A stretch of DNA of 32,000 nt. Origin: Candidatus Omnitrophota bacterium. GTDB lineage: Bacteria > Omnitrophota > Gorgyraeia > 2-01-FULL-45-10. The stretch is taken from assembly GCA_023818895.1 (NCBI GenBank), contig JAMWCX010000001.1, forward strand, positions 449,789 through 481,788. Direction: 5' to 3'. Of this stretch, positions 9,072 through 17,608 are shown one piece after another. Position numbers and translations under genes: made by a program. The notes beneath the pieces are model-generated. The model ran no database searches. It had not been told where the DNA came from and worked only from the letters and a program-made list of their open reading frames with translations. Positions within the stretch are counted from its first letter, which is position 1, and each line of letters opens with the position of its first letter.

Positions 9072-10256
9072 TTAAAATTTTCCTAACACCTTGTCCAATA
9101 TGCTTACGGCCTTATCTATCTCTTCTTTCGTAACTGTTATGGGAGGCATTATCCTCAATACAGTATCCTGGGTGCAATTAATCAGAAGCCCTTCCTTGAG
9201 GCACTCTTTATACACATCCTCACCTTTTATTGAAAGCTCGACTCCCACGATGAGCGCCATGTTACGGATCTCTTTGATCAGTTTGTATTTGGCCTTGAGC
9301 GACTCAAGTCTCTTCCTTAGGTAGGCGCCCATCCTATTGGCGTTCGCCAGAAGCCTCTCTTTCTTTATGGAGTCGAAGACCGCAAGCGCGGCGGCGCAGA
9401 CGATGGGCGAACCACCAAAGGTCGAAGCATGCGTTCCCGGAGTAAGCACATCCTGGAATTTTCCCCGCGCCACTGCCGCCCCTATCGGAAGGCCTCCACC
9501 GAGGGCCTTGGCAAGCGTCATGACATCAGGCACCACGCCAAATACCTGAAAGGCAAACATCCTGCCTGAACGCCCCATACCGGTCTGCACCTCGTCAAAA
9601 ATCAAAACGAGGTCTTTCTCATCGCAAAGTTGGCGAAGCGCCTTCATATATTCAGGTCTCGGTATGTTTATTCCGCCCTCACACTGAACAGGCTCAAGCA
9701 TGACCGCGATGGTCTTCTCATTTACGGCCTCCCTTACAGCCTCTATATCGCCAAAGGGCACGTGTACGAAACCCGCCGGCAGCGGCTCGAAACCAAGCTT
9801 GACCTTGTCCTGTCCTGTAGCGGTAATCATAGCAAGGGTCCTTCCATGAAAAGACTTGGTCATCGTTATTACCTCGTATCGGCCTGTTGGGTGACCGTAC
9901 CTTCTGGCAAGCTTTACGGCCGCCTCGTTTGCCTCAGCACCCGAATTTCCGAAAAAGACTTTCCCATCAAACGAGTTCTCTATTATAGTCTTCGCCAGGA
10001 GCGCCTGGGCCTCTGAATAGTAGTTATTGGACACATGCATCAGCTTCTTCGCCTGGCTTTGAACAGCCTTGACCACTGCCGGATGGCAATGGCCGGTGCC
10101 TGATACCGCCCATCCCGGGAAAAGGTCCAGGTATTTATTCCCGTCGATATCCCATACGATCGAGCCCTTAGCCCTGTCCAGGCACAAAGGTACACGTTTA
10201 TAAGTGTTCATAACATACTTGTCATACATCCTGACGATCTTTTCAGTCTTGGTCAT
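9072..10256 (-). CDS. argD: Acetylornithine aminotransferase (class III PLP)
   Basis: 394 aa with GSGAEANEAA-like, DEVQTGMGR and TLAKALGGG (PLP lysine) motifs. Its position in the arg cluster supports the call. Confidence 0.9.
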   Translation of the reverse strand: MTKTEKIVRMYDKYVMNTYKRVPLCLDRAKGSIVWDIDGNKYLDLFPGWAVSGTGHCHPAVVKAVQSQAKKLMHVSNNYYSEAQALLAKTIIENSFDGKVFFGNSGAEANEAAVKLARRYGHPTGRYEVITMTKSFHGRTLAMITATGQDKVKLGFEPLPAGFVHVPFGDIEAVREAVNEKTIAVMLEPVQCEGGINIPRPEYMKALRQLCDEKDLVLIFDEVQTGMGRSGRMFAFQVFGVVPDVMTLAKALGGGLPIGAAVARGKFQDVLTPGTHASTFGGSPIVCAAALAVFDSIKKERLLANANRMGAYLRKRLESLKAKYKLIKEIRNMALIVGVELSIKGEDVYKECLKEGLLINCTQDTVLRIMPPITVTKEEIDKAVSILDKVLGKF

Positions 10257-11107
10257 TTTACTATCTCTGTCCCTATTCCTTGGTCTGTGAACATCTCCAA
10301 CAAGAGCGCGTGTGGAATGCTTGCATCAAGTATGTGCGCTTTTTTTACGCCGCCCTGTATGGCATTTATACACGCGCGCACTTTGGGTATCATGCCGCCA
10401 TCTATCACCTTTCTTTTGATAAGCGCCTCCGCTTTGGATGCTTTAAGCGTATTGTACAATGAAGACGGGTCTTTTTTATTGCGTAACACCCCTTTGACAT
10501 TGGTCAAAAGCACAAACTTCTCCGCATTTAACGCTATGGCCAGCTCACTCGCCACATCGTCCGCGTTTATATTATACGCGTGCCCATCACGTCCTGTCCC
10601 TAAGGGGAATATGACCGGAATGATGTTATCGCGGATGAGGCGCTTGACGACGGTGGTATCCACAGATGTTACCTCTCCCACATAACCGTAATCGATATCG
10701 CATCTCATCTTTTTACAGCGGATAAGGTTGTTCTCCCTTCCGCTTAGGCCAAACGCCTTGCCGCCCATATCGCGCAAGGTTTTTACTATCTTTCTATTGA
10801 TGACACGGAGAGCCTTTTCTATTATATTTATCGACGCAGCGTCAGTCACCCGGCGACCATGTATGAACTTCGGCTCCATGCCGTACTTTTTCATCATCCT
10901 AGAGATGAAAGGACCGCCGCCATGGACTATTACCGGATGCATGCCGGCATAGTTCATGAACATTATGTCCTCGAGGATATTCGGATCCAGGCCCTTCTCG
11001 TCAACGGCGGCGCCTCCGTATTTTATGACTATGGTCTTTTCAAAGAATTTCTTTATATAAGGCAACGCCTCGATGAGGACTCTGCTTTTTTTGATCGCCT
11101 CCCTCAT
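10253..11107 (-). CDS. argB: Acetylglutamate kinase
   Basis: 284 aa with VIKYGG, VIVHGGGP and the amino-acid kinase fold pattern. There are 4-nt overlaps with argD and with argJ. Confidence 0.95.
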   Translation of the reverse strand: MREAIKKSRVLIEALPYIKKFFEKTIVIKYGGAAVDEKGLDPNILEDIMFMNYAGMHPVIVHGGGPFISRMMKKYGMEPKFIHGRRVTDAASINIIEKALRVINRKIVKTLRDMGGKAFGLSGRENNLIRCKKMRCDIDYGYVGEVTSVDTTVVKRLIRDNIIPVIFPLGTGRDGHAYNINADDVASELAIALNAEKFVLLTNVKGVLRNKKDPSSLYNTLKASKAEALIKRKVIDGGMIPKVRACINAIQGGVKKAHILDASIPHALLLEMFTDQGIGTEIVK

Positions 11108-12324
11108 GTAGAATACTCCGAGTTTATCGAGACATACTCTTTAGAGAGATCGCAAGTCCACGCCTTCGCCTTGAGCCGTCCGCTTTTCAGATCAACTGTG
11201 ATATTGACCTTCTTGTCTTTTAAGGACTTTCTGGCCCTCTCCTTGTCAAAACTGCCGGAGATGGCGCCATTGGAGAGCGCCTTTACAGGCCCAAGATATA
11301 TATCCATTCTGTCTATATCGAATCTGACGCCGCTTGCGCCAGCCGCGGCAACCACTCTTCCCCAGTTAGGGTCCTCCCCAAATATGGCGCACTTGAGAAG
11401 GTTAGAGGTAGATATCTTTCTCGCTATAGCTTTCGCGTCGTGAGCGGTCCTGGCTCCCTTTACCTCTATCTCGACAAGTTTTGTCGCGCCCTCTCCATCC
11501 GCGGCAAGCATCTTGGCAAGCTCCGTCGCCAGAAACTTAAGGGCATCTGTAAATTTACGGTAATCGGCCCCCTTCGATAATATCTTCTTATTACCCGCAA
11601 GGCCATTTGCCATAATGAAGCAGGAATCATTAGTGCTCATATCGCCGTCAACGGACACCATGTTAAACGTGTCTGCTATCGCTTCATCAAGCGCGGCCTC
11701 GAGCATATTCTTAGAAATTGCCGCATCGGTCGTTATGAAAGCGAGCATAGTCGCGTGTCTTTCTGTTTTCATATCGGGATAGATCATTCCCACGCCCTTG
11801 CATGCCCCGCCGATTGTTATGACCGAGCCGCTGGCCTTGACCTTTACAGCAAATTCCTTAGGCCTGGTATCAGTGGTCATTATTGTTTCAGCGAATATAG
11901 AGCCGTTTTTCTCGGATAATCCTGATACCAGTCCGGGAATAGCCTTGATTATTTTTTCTATCGGAAGGTTCCGTCCTATAATACCGGTCGAAGCCACAAG
12001 CAGTGCCGTGTAATTCACACCTAATGCCATCGCGGCATTCTTTGCCATGGCAATAGCGTCGCGATCACCTGATCTGCCATTAGCGCAATTGGCATTACCG
12101 CTATTTACAATTATTGCCTGGTGATAGCGATATTTAAGATGTGTCCTGCTTATTCTGACAGGCGAGGCCTGGCATCTGTTTGTAGTAAAAGCCCCGGCCG
12201 CGACGGCCGGAACCTCTGAGTAGATAAGAGCGAGGTCTTTCCTGCCCGAATATTTTATTCCGGCCTTTACCCCGTTTGCCAAAAATCCTTTCGGTGAGGT
12301 AACCCCGCCTTTTATTATTATCAT
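11104..12324 (-). CDS. argJ: Bifunctional ornithine acetyltransferase / N-acetylglutamate synthase
   Basis: 406 aa with the autoproteolytic HATMLAFITTDA site and a C-terminal CDLSxEYVxINxxYxT. Confidence 0.95.
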   Translation of the reverse strand: MIIIKGGVTSPKGFLANGVKAGIKYSGRKDLALIYSEVPAVAAGAFTTNRCQASPVRISRTHLKYRYHQAIIVNSGNANCANGRSGDRDAIAMAKNAAMALGVNYTALLVASTGIIGRNLPIEKIIKAIPGLVSGLSEKNGSIFAETIMTTDTRPKEFAVKVKASGSVITIGGACKGVGMIYPDMKTERHATMLAFITTDAAISKNMLEAALDEAIADTFNMVSVDGDMSTNDSCFIMANGLAGNKKILSKGADYRKFTDALKFLATELAKMLAADGEGATKLVEIEVKGARTAHDAKAIARKISTSNLLKCAIFGEDPNWGRVVAAAGASGVRFDIDRMDIYLGPVKALSNGAISGSFDKERARKSLKDKKVNITVDLKSGRLKAKAWTCDLSKEYVSINSEYST

Positions 12325-13331
12325 AAAAGCGCCTCTGTCTCTTTAAAACCGCACATTATGTTCATATTCTGGACGGCCTGGCCGGCGGCACCCTTTTTCA
12401 GATTGTCTATGCACGAAACGGCTATGAGGGTCGAAGCTGTAACCTTCAGCCCTATGTCGCAGTAATTGGTGCCGACCACATCCCTTATCTGAGGAAATTT
12501 GCCAGCGTCACAGATCCGCACAAATGGTTTTCCATCATAAAATTTCCTGTAGATCTCTACCGCATCCTTGGTGTCAAGCGACTTGACCAGCTTCATATAT
12601 ATAGTCGAGAGTATGCCCCTGTTCATCGGAACAAGGTGAGGCGTAAAGATGATGTCCACATCCGCCCCAGCGACACGTGAAAGTATACGGTTTATCTCTG
12701 GCTTATGTTGATGCTCGTTTACCTTATAGGCCCTGAGGTTTTCGTTGACCTCGCAGAATATAAGCCCGATATCGGCTTTCCTGCCGGCGCCGGTGGCGCC
12801 GCTTTTTGAATCCGATATGATTCCGCAACGCTCTATTACTTTTCCGATTAACGCCGGCGCTATGCCCAGAATAATGCCTGTCGGATAGCAGCCCGGATTT
12901 GCCAAAAGCTTGGCCTTTTTAATCTCATCGCTATAAAGCTCCGGCAGACCGTATACCGCTCGCGGAAGATTCGCGATATCCTTATGTGAAGTTCCGTACC
13001 ACTTTTCGTACGTGTCGGCATCGAGTCGGTAATCAGCGCTTAAATCTATCACAAGCTTGCCGGCCTCCAGAAAGGCGGGGGCTATCTCCATAGATACCTT
13101 ATGCGGCAGCCCCAGAAAGACCAAATCTACTTTCGATGCCATCTCCACATTGGGCTTCTTGCAGACGATATCGAGCTTGCCCTTGAAGATAGGCAAAAGC
13201 GAGCTTATCGGCTCTTCTTTGTCTATAATAGCCGAAAGCTCGGTGATAGCGACGTCCTTGTGGTTCAGCAGTATCTTTATAACTTCCTCGCCGGCGTAAC
13301 CTGTAGCGCCGACAACGCCTACTTTGAGCAT
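12321..13331 (-). CDS. argC: N-acetyl-gamma-glutamyl-phosphate reductase
   Basis: Has GATGYAGEE and the catalytic cysteine motif NPGCYPT. The ORF track starts at 13370, which has no Shine-Dalgarno sequence. The ATG at 13331 (MLKVGVVGATGY) has AGGAG 5 nt upstream and matches the usual ArgC N-terminus. Confidence 0.94.
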   Translation of the reverse strand: MLKVGVVGATGYAGEEVIKILLNHKDVAITELSAIIDKEEPISSLLPIFKGKLDIVCKKPNVEMASKVDLVFLGLPHKVSMEIAPAFLEAGKLVIDLSADYRLDADTYEKWYGTSHKDIANLPRAVYGLPELYSDEIKKAKLLANPGCYPTGIILGIAPALIGKVIERCGIISDSKSGATGAGRKADIGLIFCEVNENLRAYKVNEHQHKPEINRILSRVAGADVDIIFTPHLVPMNRGILSTIYMKLVKSLDTKDAVEIYRKFYDGKPFVRICDAGKFPQIRDVVGTNYCDIGLKVTASTLIAVSCIDNLKKGAAGQAVQNMNIMCGFKETEALL

Positions 13332-13408
13332 ACGCACTCCTACGATTACTGCTTTAGAACAGGGTTCCATAAGTCGTTGACTATCCCGATGGAACCTCTG
13401 CTAACTTA

Positions 13409-13479
13409 TTACAAAACTCGACGGAAAATATAACTTTCTCTTGGACAGGTTTTCATAAATAACGACTTTCTCCGTCGAA
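13409..13479 (-). promoter_or_regulatory. Candidate attenuator in the arg leader: mini-ORF MKTCPRESYIFRRVL (13456->13409) overlapping a hairpin plus U-tract
   Basis: Minus strand. The 5' arm UUCGACGGAGAAA (13479-13467) pairs with the 3' arm UAUUUUCCGUCGAG (13430-13417), about 11-12 bp including G-U pairs. GUUUUGUAAUAAG follows. The 16-codon ORF (ATG at 13456, TAA at 13411-13409) places its tandem Arg codons CGU-CGA (13423-13418) inside the 3' arm. GGAG lies 13 nt upstream of the ATG, which is long spacing. Confidence 0.3.
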
Positions 13480-13522
13480 ACCTAACCCGGTCTATGACAA
13501 TTTCATACAAAATTATAAGTTT

Positions 13523-13551
13523 ATCTTAAATCAAAAGACCTACTGTGTCAA
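13523..13551 (-). promoter_or_regulatory. Sigma70-type promoter for the arg/lys/dap gene string
   Basis: Minus strand: TTGACA (13551-13546), a 17-nt spacer, then TAAGAT (13528-13523). It sits in the 264-nt gap between rpsI and argC. The same TTGACA-N17 architecture recurs upstream of rplM. Confidence 0.55.
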
Positions 13552-13634
13552 CTAAAATCGTCGTCGGAGTTGACCCGGTAGGTCTCTATTTTGCCGTCGG
13601 AAACCGCCCCTCGAATCCCTGCGGTCGCCGCTTG

Positions 13635-14030
13635 TTATCTCTTAGTAAACTGGAATCTTCTCCTCGCCCTCTTCCTGCCGTACTTCTTGCGCTCCCTAGC
13701 CCTCGGGTCCCGCGTTAAGAAACCCGCTTTCTTTATAAGAGGCTTCAGGCTCGGGTCCATCTTTACAAGAGCCCTCGCTATACCAAGCTTCATGGCGCCC
13801 GCCTGGCCGCTCAAGCCTCCGCCGCAGCAGTTGGCATGTATATCAAGTTTAGGGGCCATGTTCACAAGTTCCAGAGGCTGCATTATCACAAGCCGGTTAG
13901 ACTCCCTTGGGAAGTATTCGTTGAAAGGCCTCTTATTAACGAAAATCTTGCCCTCGCCGGACATGAGCCGCACACGCGCGATAGAACTCTTGCGTCGTCC
14001 CGTTGCCGCATATTGGATTTTTTCTGACAT
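13635..14030 (-). CDS. rpsI: 30S ribosomal protein S9
   Basis: 131 aa. Has YxATGRRKxSxARV at the N-terminus and ends RKKYGRKRARRRFQFTKR. Confidence 0.97.
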   Translation of the reverse strand: MSEKIQYAATGRRKSSIARVRLMSGEGKIFVNKRPFNEYFPRESNRLVIMQPLELVNMAPKLDIHANCCGGGLSGQAGAMKLGIARALVKMDPSLKPLIKKAGFLTRDPRARERKKYGRKRARRRFQFTKR

Positions 14031-14078
14031 CTTATGAGTCTTCCTTTTAATCCGTTAAAAATACTCCCACATGATTTT

Positions 14079-14510
14079 TTATTTTATTGCCAGCTCCTTG
14101 GGTTTCTGCGAAGCGTGAGGGTGCGCCTGGCCCGGATATACCCTGAGCTTTTTGAGCATCTTTCTGCCGAGCTTCGTCTTAGGAAGCATCCCCGCCACGG
14201 CGTGCCTTATTACATATTCCGGCTTTTTCTTCAATACAGTCTCAAGGTTCTCTATGTTAAGTCCTCCTGGATAGGCAGAGTAGCGCTGATAAGTCTTCTG
14301 TGACAACTTCTTTCCGGTAGTTCTTATCTGGCTTGCGTTTATGACTATGACCTCGTCACCTGTATCCTGGTGAGGCGAGAATATCACCTTGTCCTTACCC
14401 CTTAATATACTGGCCACCTTGGCCGCAAGCCGACCCAGAATTTTGTCCTTTGCATCGACAACATACCAGGTCTTTTGGATATCCTTTTCTTTAGCTATAT
14501 AGGTCTTCAC
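14079..14510 (-). CDS. rplM: 50S ribosomal protein L13
   Basis: Sequence KTYIAKEKDIQKTWYVVDAKDKILGRLA matches L13. The ORF track starts at a TTG (14528). The GTG at 14510 gives the canonical (M)KTY... N-terminus and has GGGAAGAAGGTG just upstream. Confidence 0.95.
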   Translation of the reverse strand: MKTYIAKEKDIQKTWYVVDAKDKILGRLAAKVASILRGKDKVIFSPHQDTGDEVIVINASQIRTTGKKLSQKTYQRYSAYPGGLNIENLETVLKKKPEYVIRHAVAGMLPKTKLGRKMLKKLRVYPGQAHPHASQKPKELAIK

Positions 14511-14558
14511 CGAACACCTTCTTCCCAATCGATCGTCTACGCAGAATTATGGCCGTAT

Positions 14559-14583
14559 AAAAAAAGCCTCTTTCTTTAGAGGC
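14559..14583 (-). terminator. Rho-independent terminator downstream of proS
   Basis: Minus strand: GCCUCU-AAAGAA-AGAGGC (14583-14566) followed by U7 (14565-14559). Confidence 0.8.
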
Positions 14584-14588
14584 GCTTG

Positions 14589-14617
14589 ATATTAACACAT
14601 AGCATACTAAATGTCAA
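14589..14617 (-). promoter_or_regulatory. Sigma70-type promoter for rplM-rpsI
   Basis: Minus strand: TTGACA (14617-14612), a 17-nt spacer, then TAATAT (14594-14589). The predicted start falls at or inside the 5' arm of the proS terminator hairpin. Confidence 0.55.
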
Positions 14618-14634
14618 ATAAAAATTTATAAATT

Positions 14635-16341
14635 TCAGACCTTGAGTAGAGTCCTGATCCTCTCGGGCAGCTCTTTGACGGCTACCTCCTCAACCTTACC
14701 TGTCTTCCTATCCTTTATCTCAACAATATCCTTCTTAGCATTTTTAGACCCTATGACTACCTTTACTGGTATTCCTATAAGGTCAGCGTCTTTGAATTTT
14801 ATACCCGCCGATTCATTCCTGTCATCATACAACACCTCGATGCCAGATTTTAAAAGCTTTTTATATATGTCTTCGGATAATTCCTTTACCTTTTTATCCT
14901 CAATATTGAGAGCTATAACAATTACGCTATAAGGGGATATCTCCATGGGCCATATAATCCCGTCCTTATCATTAGATGTCTCGATAACACTGGCGAGGAT
15001 CCTTGTAACACCTATGCCATAGCATCCCATCACAGCCGGGATTTCCTTGCCGTCCTTGTCGAGCACTTTCGCACCAAGGACATCCGAGTATTTTGTTCCA
15101 AGCTTGAAAGTGTGTCCCACCTCTATCGCCTGCTTTATCTCGATCGGCTTGCCGCACAACGGACAGCCGTCGTCCGCCTTTATCATCCTGAGGTCAGCGA
15201 ACTCTTTAGTCTCAAAGTCGCGTCCCATATTGACGTTTATAAGGTGCGTGTCTTTTTTATTGGCGCCTGTAACAAAGTTTGCCATGCCTAAGACGCTGTT
15301 ATCAGCGATTATCCTTATGTTCTTAAGCCCGACGGGGCCAGAGAATCCGACTGGTGCGCCGCTAACATCTTCTATCGTCTTGGCATCAGCAAGCTCAAGA
15401 GATGCGCACTTGAGATAGTTCTTGATCTTGGTCTCGTTCGCCTCGTAGTCACCTCTCAAAAGAAGCGCCACCACTTTGCCATCAGCCTTATAGAGAAGAG
15501 TCTTCACAAGCTTATCCGGCCCAACCTTAAGAAGCGCCGACACTTTCTCGATGGTGGTTATGCCGGGGGTCTCAACCTCTGCTATGGGCAGCTTCTTCTC
15601 CTTGGATGGCCCTTTTGCTTTTGGCTTACAGGGGACCACATCAACGCTTCCGGCATACTTGCACTTGCCGCAGATGACTATCCTGTCTTCGCCGGCATCC
15701 GAAGGCACCATGAACTCATGCGAAACACTCCCACCCATCATGCCGGGATCTGCTTCGACAGCCAGGTAAGGCAAGCCGCAGCGGGCAAATATCCTGCAGT
15801 AGGCGTCGTACATCTTCTTGTAGCTTTCCTCCATTCCGGCAACATCGCAGTCGAAAGAGTACGCGTCCTTCATTATGAATTCTGACGTCCTCATAACACC
15901 GAACCGCGGTCTAGGCTCATCCCTAAATTTTGTCTGTATCTGATAGAGTATCATCGGAAGCTCTTTATAGGAGCGCACATTGTTGGCCACAAGGTCTGTA
16001 ATGATCTCCTCGTGGGTAGGTCCCAAAACAAGCTCCTTGCCGTGCCTGTCTCTGAATTTGATCATAACCTCACCCAGCACTTCGTAACGGCCGGTCTGCT
16101 TCCATACCTCAGGAGGGTGAATAGCCGGCATAAGCACTTCAAGCGCCCCTTTTGAGTCCATCTCCTCCCTTATGATACGTTCTACCTTCTTAAGAACACG
16201 CAAGCCAAGAGGAAGATATGTGTAAGCGCCAGAGATGAGTTTGCGGATGAATCCACCACGGATCATCAGCTTGTGGCTTATTACCTCTGCATCCTGAGGA
16301 TCTTCTTTAAGTGTGGGAATAAGAGCTTTTGTCCATCTCAT
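14635..16341 (-). CDS. proS: Proline--tRNA ligase (bacterial type with editing insertion)
   Basis: 568 aa with class II aaRS motifs, the bacterial-type INS domain length, and a C-terminal anticodon-binding region. Confidence 0.97.
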   Translation of the reverse strand: MRWTKALIPTLKEDPQDAEVISHKLMIRGGFIRKLISGAYTYLPLGLRVLKKVERIIREEMDSKGALEVLMPAIHPPEVWKQTGRYEVLGEVMIKFRDRHGKELVLGPTHEEIITDLVANNVRSYKELPMILYQIQTKFRDEPRPRFGVMRTSEFIMKDAYSFDCDVAGMEESYKKMYDAYCRIFARCGLPYLAVEADPGMMGGSVSHEFMVPSDAGEDRIVICGKCKYAGSVDVVPCKPKAKGPSKEKKLPIAEVETPGITTIEKVSALLKVGPDKLVKTLLYKADGKVVALLLRGDYEANETKIKNYLKCASLELADAKTIEDVSGAPVGFSGPVGLKNIRIIADNSVLGMANFVTGANKKDTHLINVNMGRDFETKEFADLRMIKADDGCPLCGKPIEIKQAIEVGHTFKLGTKYSDVLGAKVLDKDGKEIPAVMGCYGIGVTRILASVIETSNDKDGIIWPMEISPYSVIVIALNIEDKKVKELSEDIYKKLLKSGIEVLYDDRNESAGIKFKDADLIGIPVKVVIGSKNAKKDIVEIKDRKTGKVEEVAVKELPERIRTLLKV

Positions 16342-16359
16342 AACTTTAAAAATGCGTAA

Positions 16360-17421
16360 TTAGTAATTAATAACGCGTAATTTTTTTATTTGCCTCAATA
16401 TTTCCTTTACGAAATCCTTCTCCTTTACCCTGCGCACAATCTTTCCCTTAACAAAAAGGGCTCCATACCCCCTGCCCGCCGCTATCCCGATATCGGCATC
16501 CTGAGCCTCGCCGGGGCCGTTGACCTCGCAGCCCATTATAGCGATACTTATATGGCGCTTTGTGCTCAGTGGAAAGCGGATGGCGGATATGGCCTTTTCC
16601 GCTTTTTTCACAACGGTAGCCAAGTCCACCTGACAGCGGCCGCATGTCGGGCAGGATATTATGTCCGGCCCAAAATTCCTAAGGCCCAAAGCGCCCAGGA
16701 TCCTTTTCGCGGCAATAACCTCCTGAACGGGATCCGCCGTTAATGATACCCTGATAGTATCCCCTATACCATCGAGAAGAAGGCTGCCTATACCTATCGA
16801 TGATTTCACTATCCCGGAGTCAAAAGGACCGGCCGCGGTCACCCCCAGGTGCAGAGGATAATCGCAAAGATCTGATATTTTCCTGTATGCCTCGACGGTC
16901 GAAACAACGTCAGAGGCCTTGAGGGATATGATTATATCACGAAAACCGAGCTCTTCAAGGATTTTGATAAAGCCGGTCGCGGCCTTTACAAGCGAAGAAG
17001 GCGCGCTTGATCCGGCCGAGCCGGAGTTCACTCCGACCCGTATGGGTATCTTAGCCCTTCTGGCGGCCTTGACGACCTGTGCGATCTCGCATCTTTTCCA
17101 GATATTGCCCGGATTAAGCCGCACCTTATCAACACCGGCCTCTATCGCCGCAAGCGCGAGCCGGTAATCGAAATGGATATCGCAGACGATAGGAACGCGC
17201 GATCTCTTCTTTACAGCCCTGATGGCCCGGGCGTCCTCGAGGTCCTTCACCGAAACCCTCACGATCTCGCAGCCGGCCGCCTCGAGCTTTCTTATTTCCG
17301 CGACGGTCTTTTTGACATCCGAAGTGTCGCACTTCGTCATAGATTGTATCGCGACCGGAGCGCCGCCGCCTATCGCGATGTTGCCGACCATTACCTGTCG
17401 TGTCTTACGCCGTTTGATCAT
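16360..17421 (-). CDS. ispG: 4-hydroxy-3-methylbut-2-en-1-yl diphosphate synthase
   Basis: 353 aa. Has the TIM-barrel half (VRVSV, NPGN) and a C-terminal 4Fe-4S half with CPTCGR and GCxVNGPGE. Confidence 0.95.
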   Translation of the reverse strand: MIKRRKTRQVMVGNIAIGGGAPVAIQSMTKCDTSDVKKTVAEIRKLEAAGCEIVRVSVKDLEDARAIRAVKKRSRVPIVCDIHFDYRLALAAIEAGVDKVRLNPGNIWKRCEIAQVVKAARRAKIPIRVGVNSGSAGSSAPSSLVKAATGFIKILEELGFRDIIISLKASDVVSTVEAYRKISDLCDYPLHLGVTAAGPFDSGIVKSSIGIGSLLLDGIGDTIRVSLTADPVQEVIAAKRILGALGLRNFGPDIISCPTCGRCQVDLATVVKKAEKAISAIRFPLSTKRHISIAIMGCEVNGPGEAQDADIGIAAGRGYGALFVKGKIVRRVKEKDFVKEILRQIKKLRVINY

Positions 17422-17526
17422 AATTCCGGTTCTTTAAAAAACTTAACGCCTTGGGAAGTTGGCAGATTTAAACGATATTTTCAACATTTGATATTTAGTA
17501 TACTACAAATGCCTTTTTATTAAAGT

Positions 17527-17554
17527 AAAAAAATAGGGCCCATCAAGGATGGCC
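17527..17554 (-). terminator. Second (distal) intrinsic terminator after the PEP-CTERM gene
   Basis: Minus strand: GGCCAUC-CUU-GAUG(G)GCC, a 7-bp stem with one bulged G (17554-17536), followed by CUA-U7 (17533-17527). Confidence 0.65.
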
Positions 17555-17565
17555 TTAACTTCGCG

Positions 17566-17608
17566 CAAAATAAAATATCGCCCGGCGCATCATCGCGCCG
17601 CGCGATAT
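17566..17608 (-). terminator. First (proximal) intrinsic terminator after the PEP-CTERM gene
   Basis: Minus strand: AUAUCGCGCGGCGC-GAUGAU-GCGCCGGGCGAUAU, 13 bp with one G-G mismatch (17608-17575), followed by UUUAUUUUG. Confidence 0.8.

Noticed and set aside
13492-13506. Palindrome TATGA-CAATT-TCATA just downstream of the arg promoter -10, considered as an ArgR/AhrC operator (ARG box).
   Set aside because: The position is right for an operator and it resembles the TGAAT/ATTCA half-sites. However, the arm spacing and length (11-nt core versus 14 in the canonical TGAATwwwwATTCA) do not fit. Only one copy is present, whereas ARG boxes usually come in pairs, and no argR is in the window. It remains only a weak possibility.
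17422-17526. Possible ispG promoter (TATACT at about 17500, TTGAAA further downstream).
   Set aside because: No -35/-10 pair with 16-18 nt spacing could be assembled. Only an isolated -10-like hexamer was found, so it is not reported as a feature.
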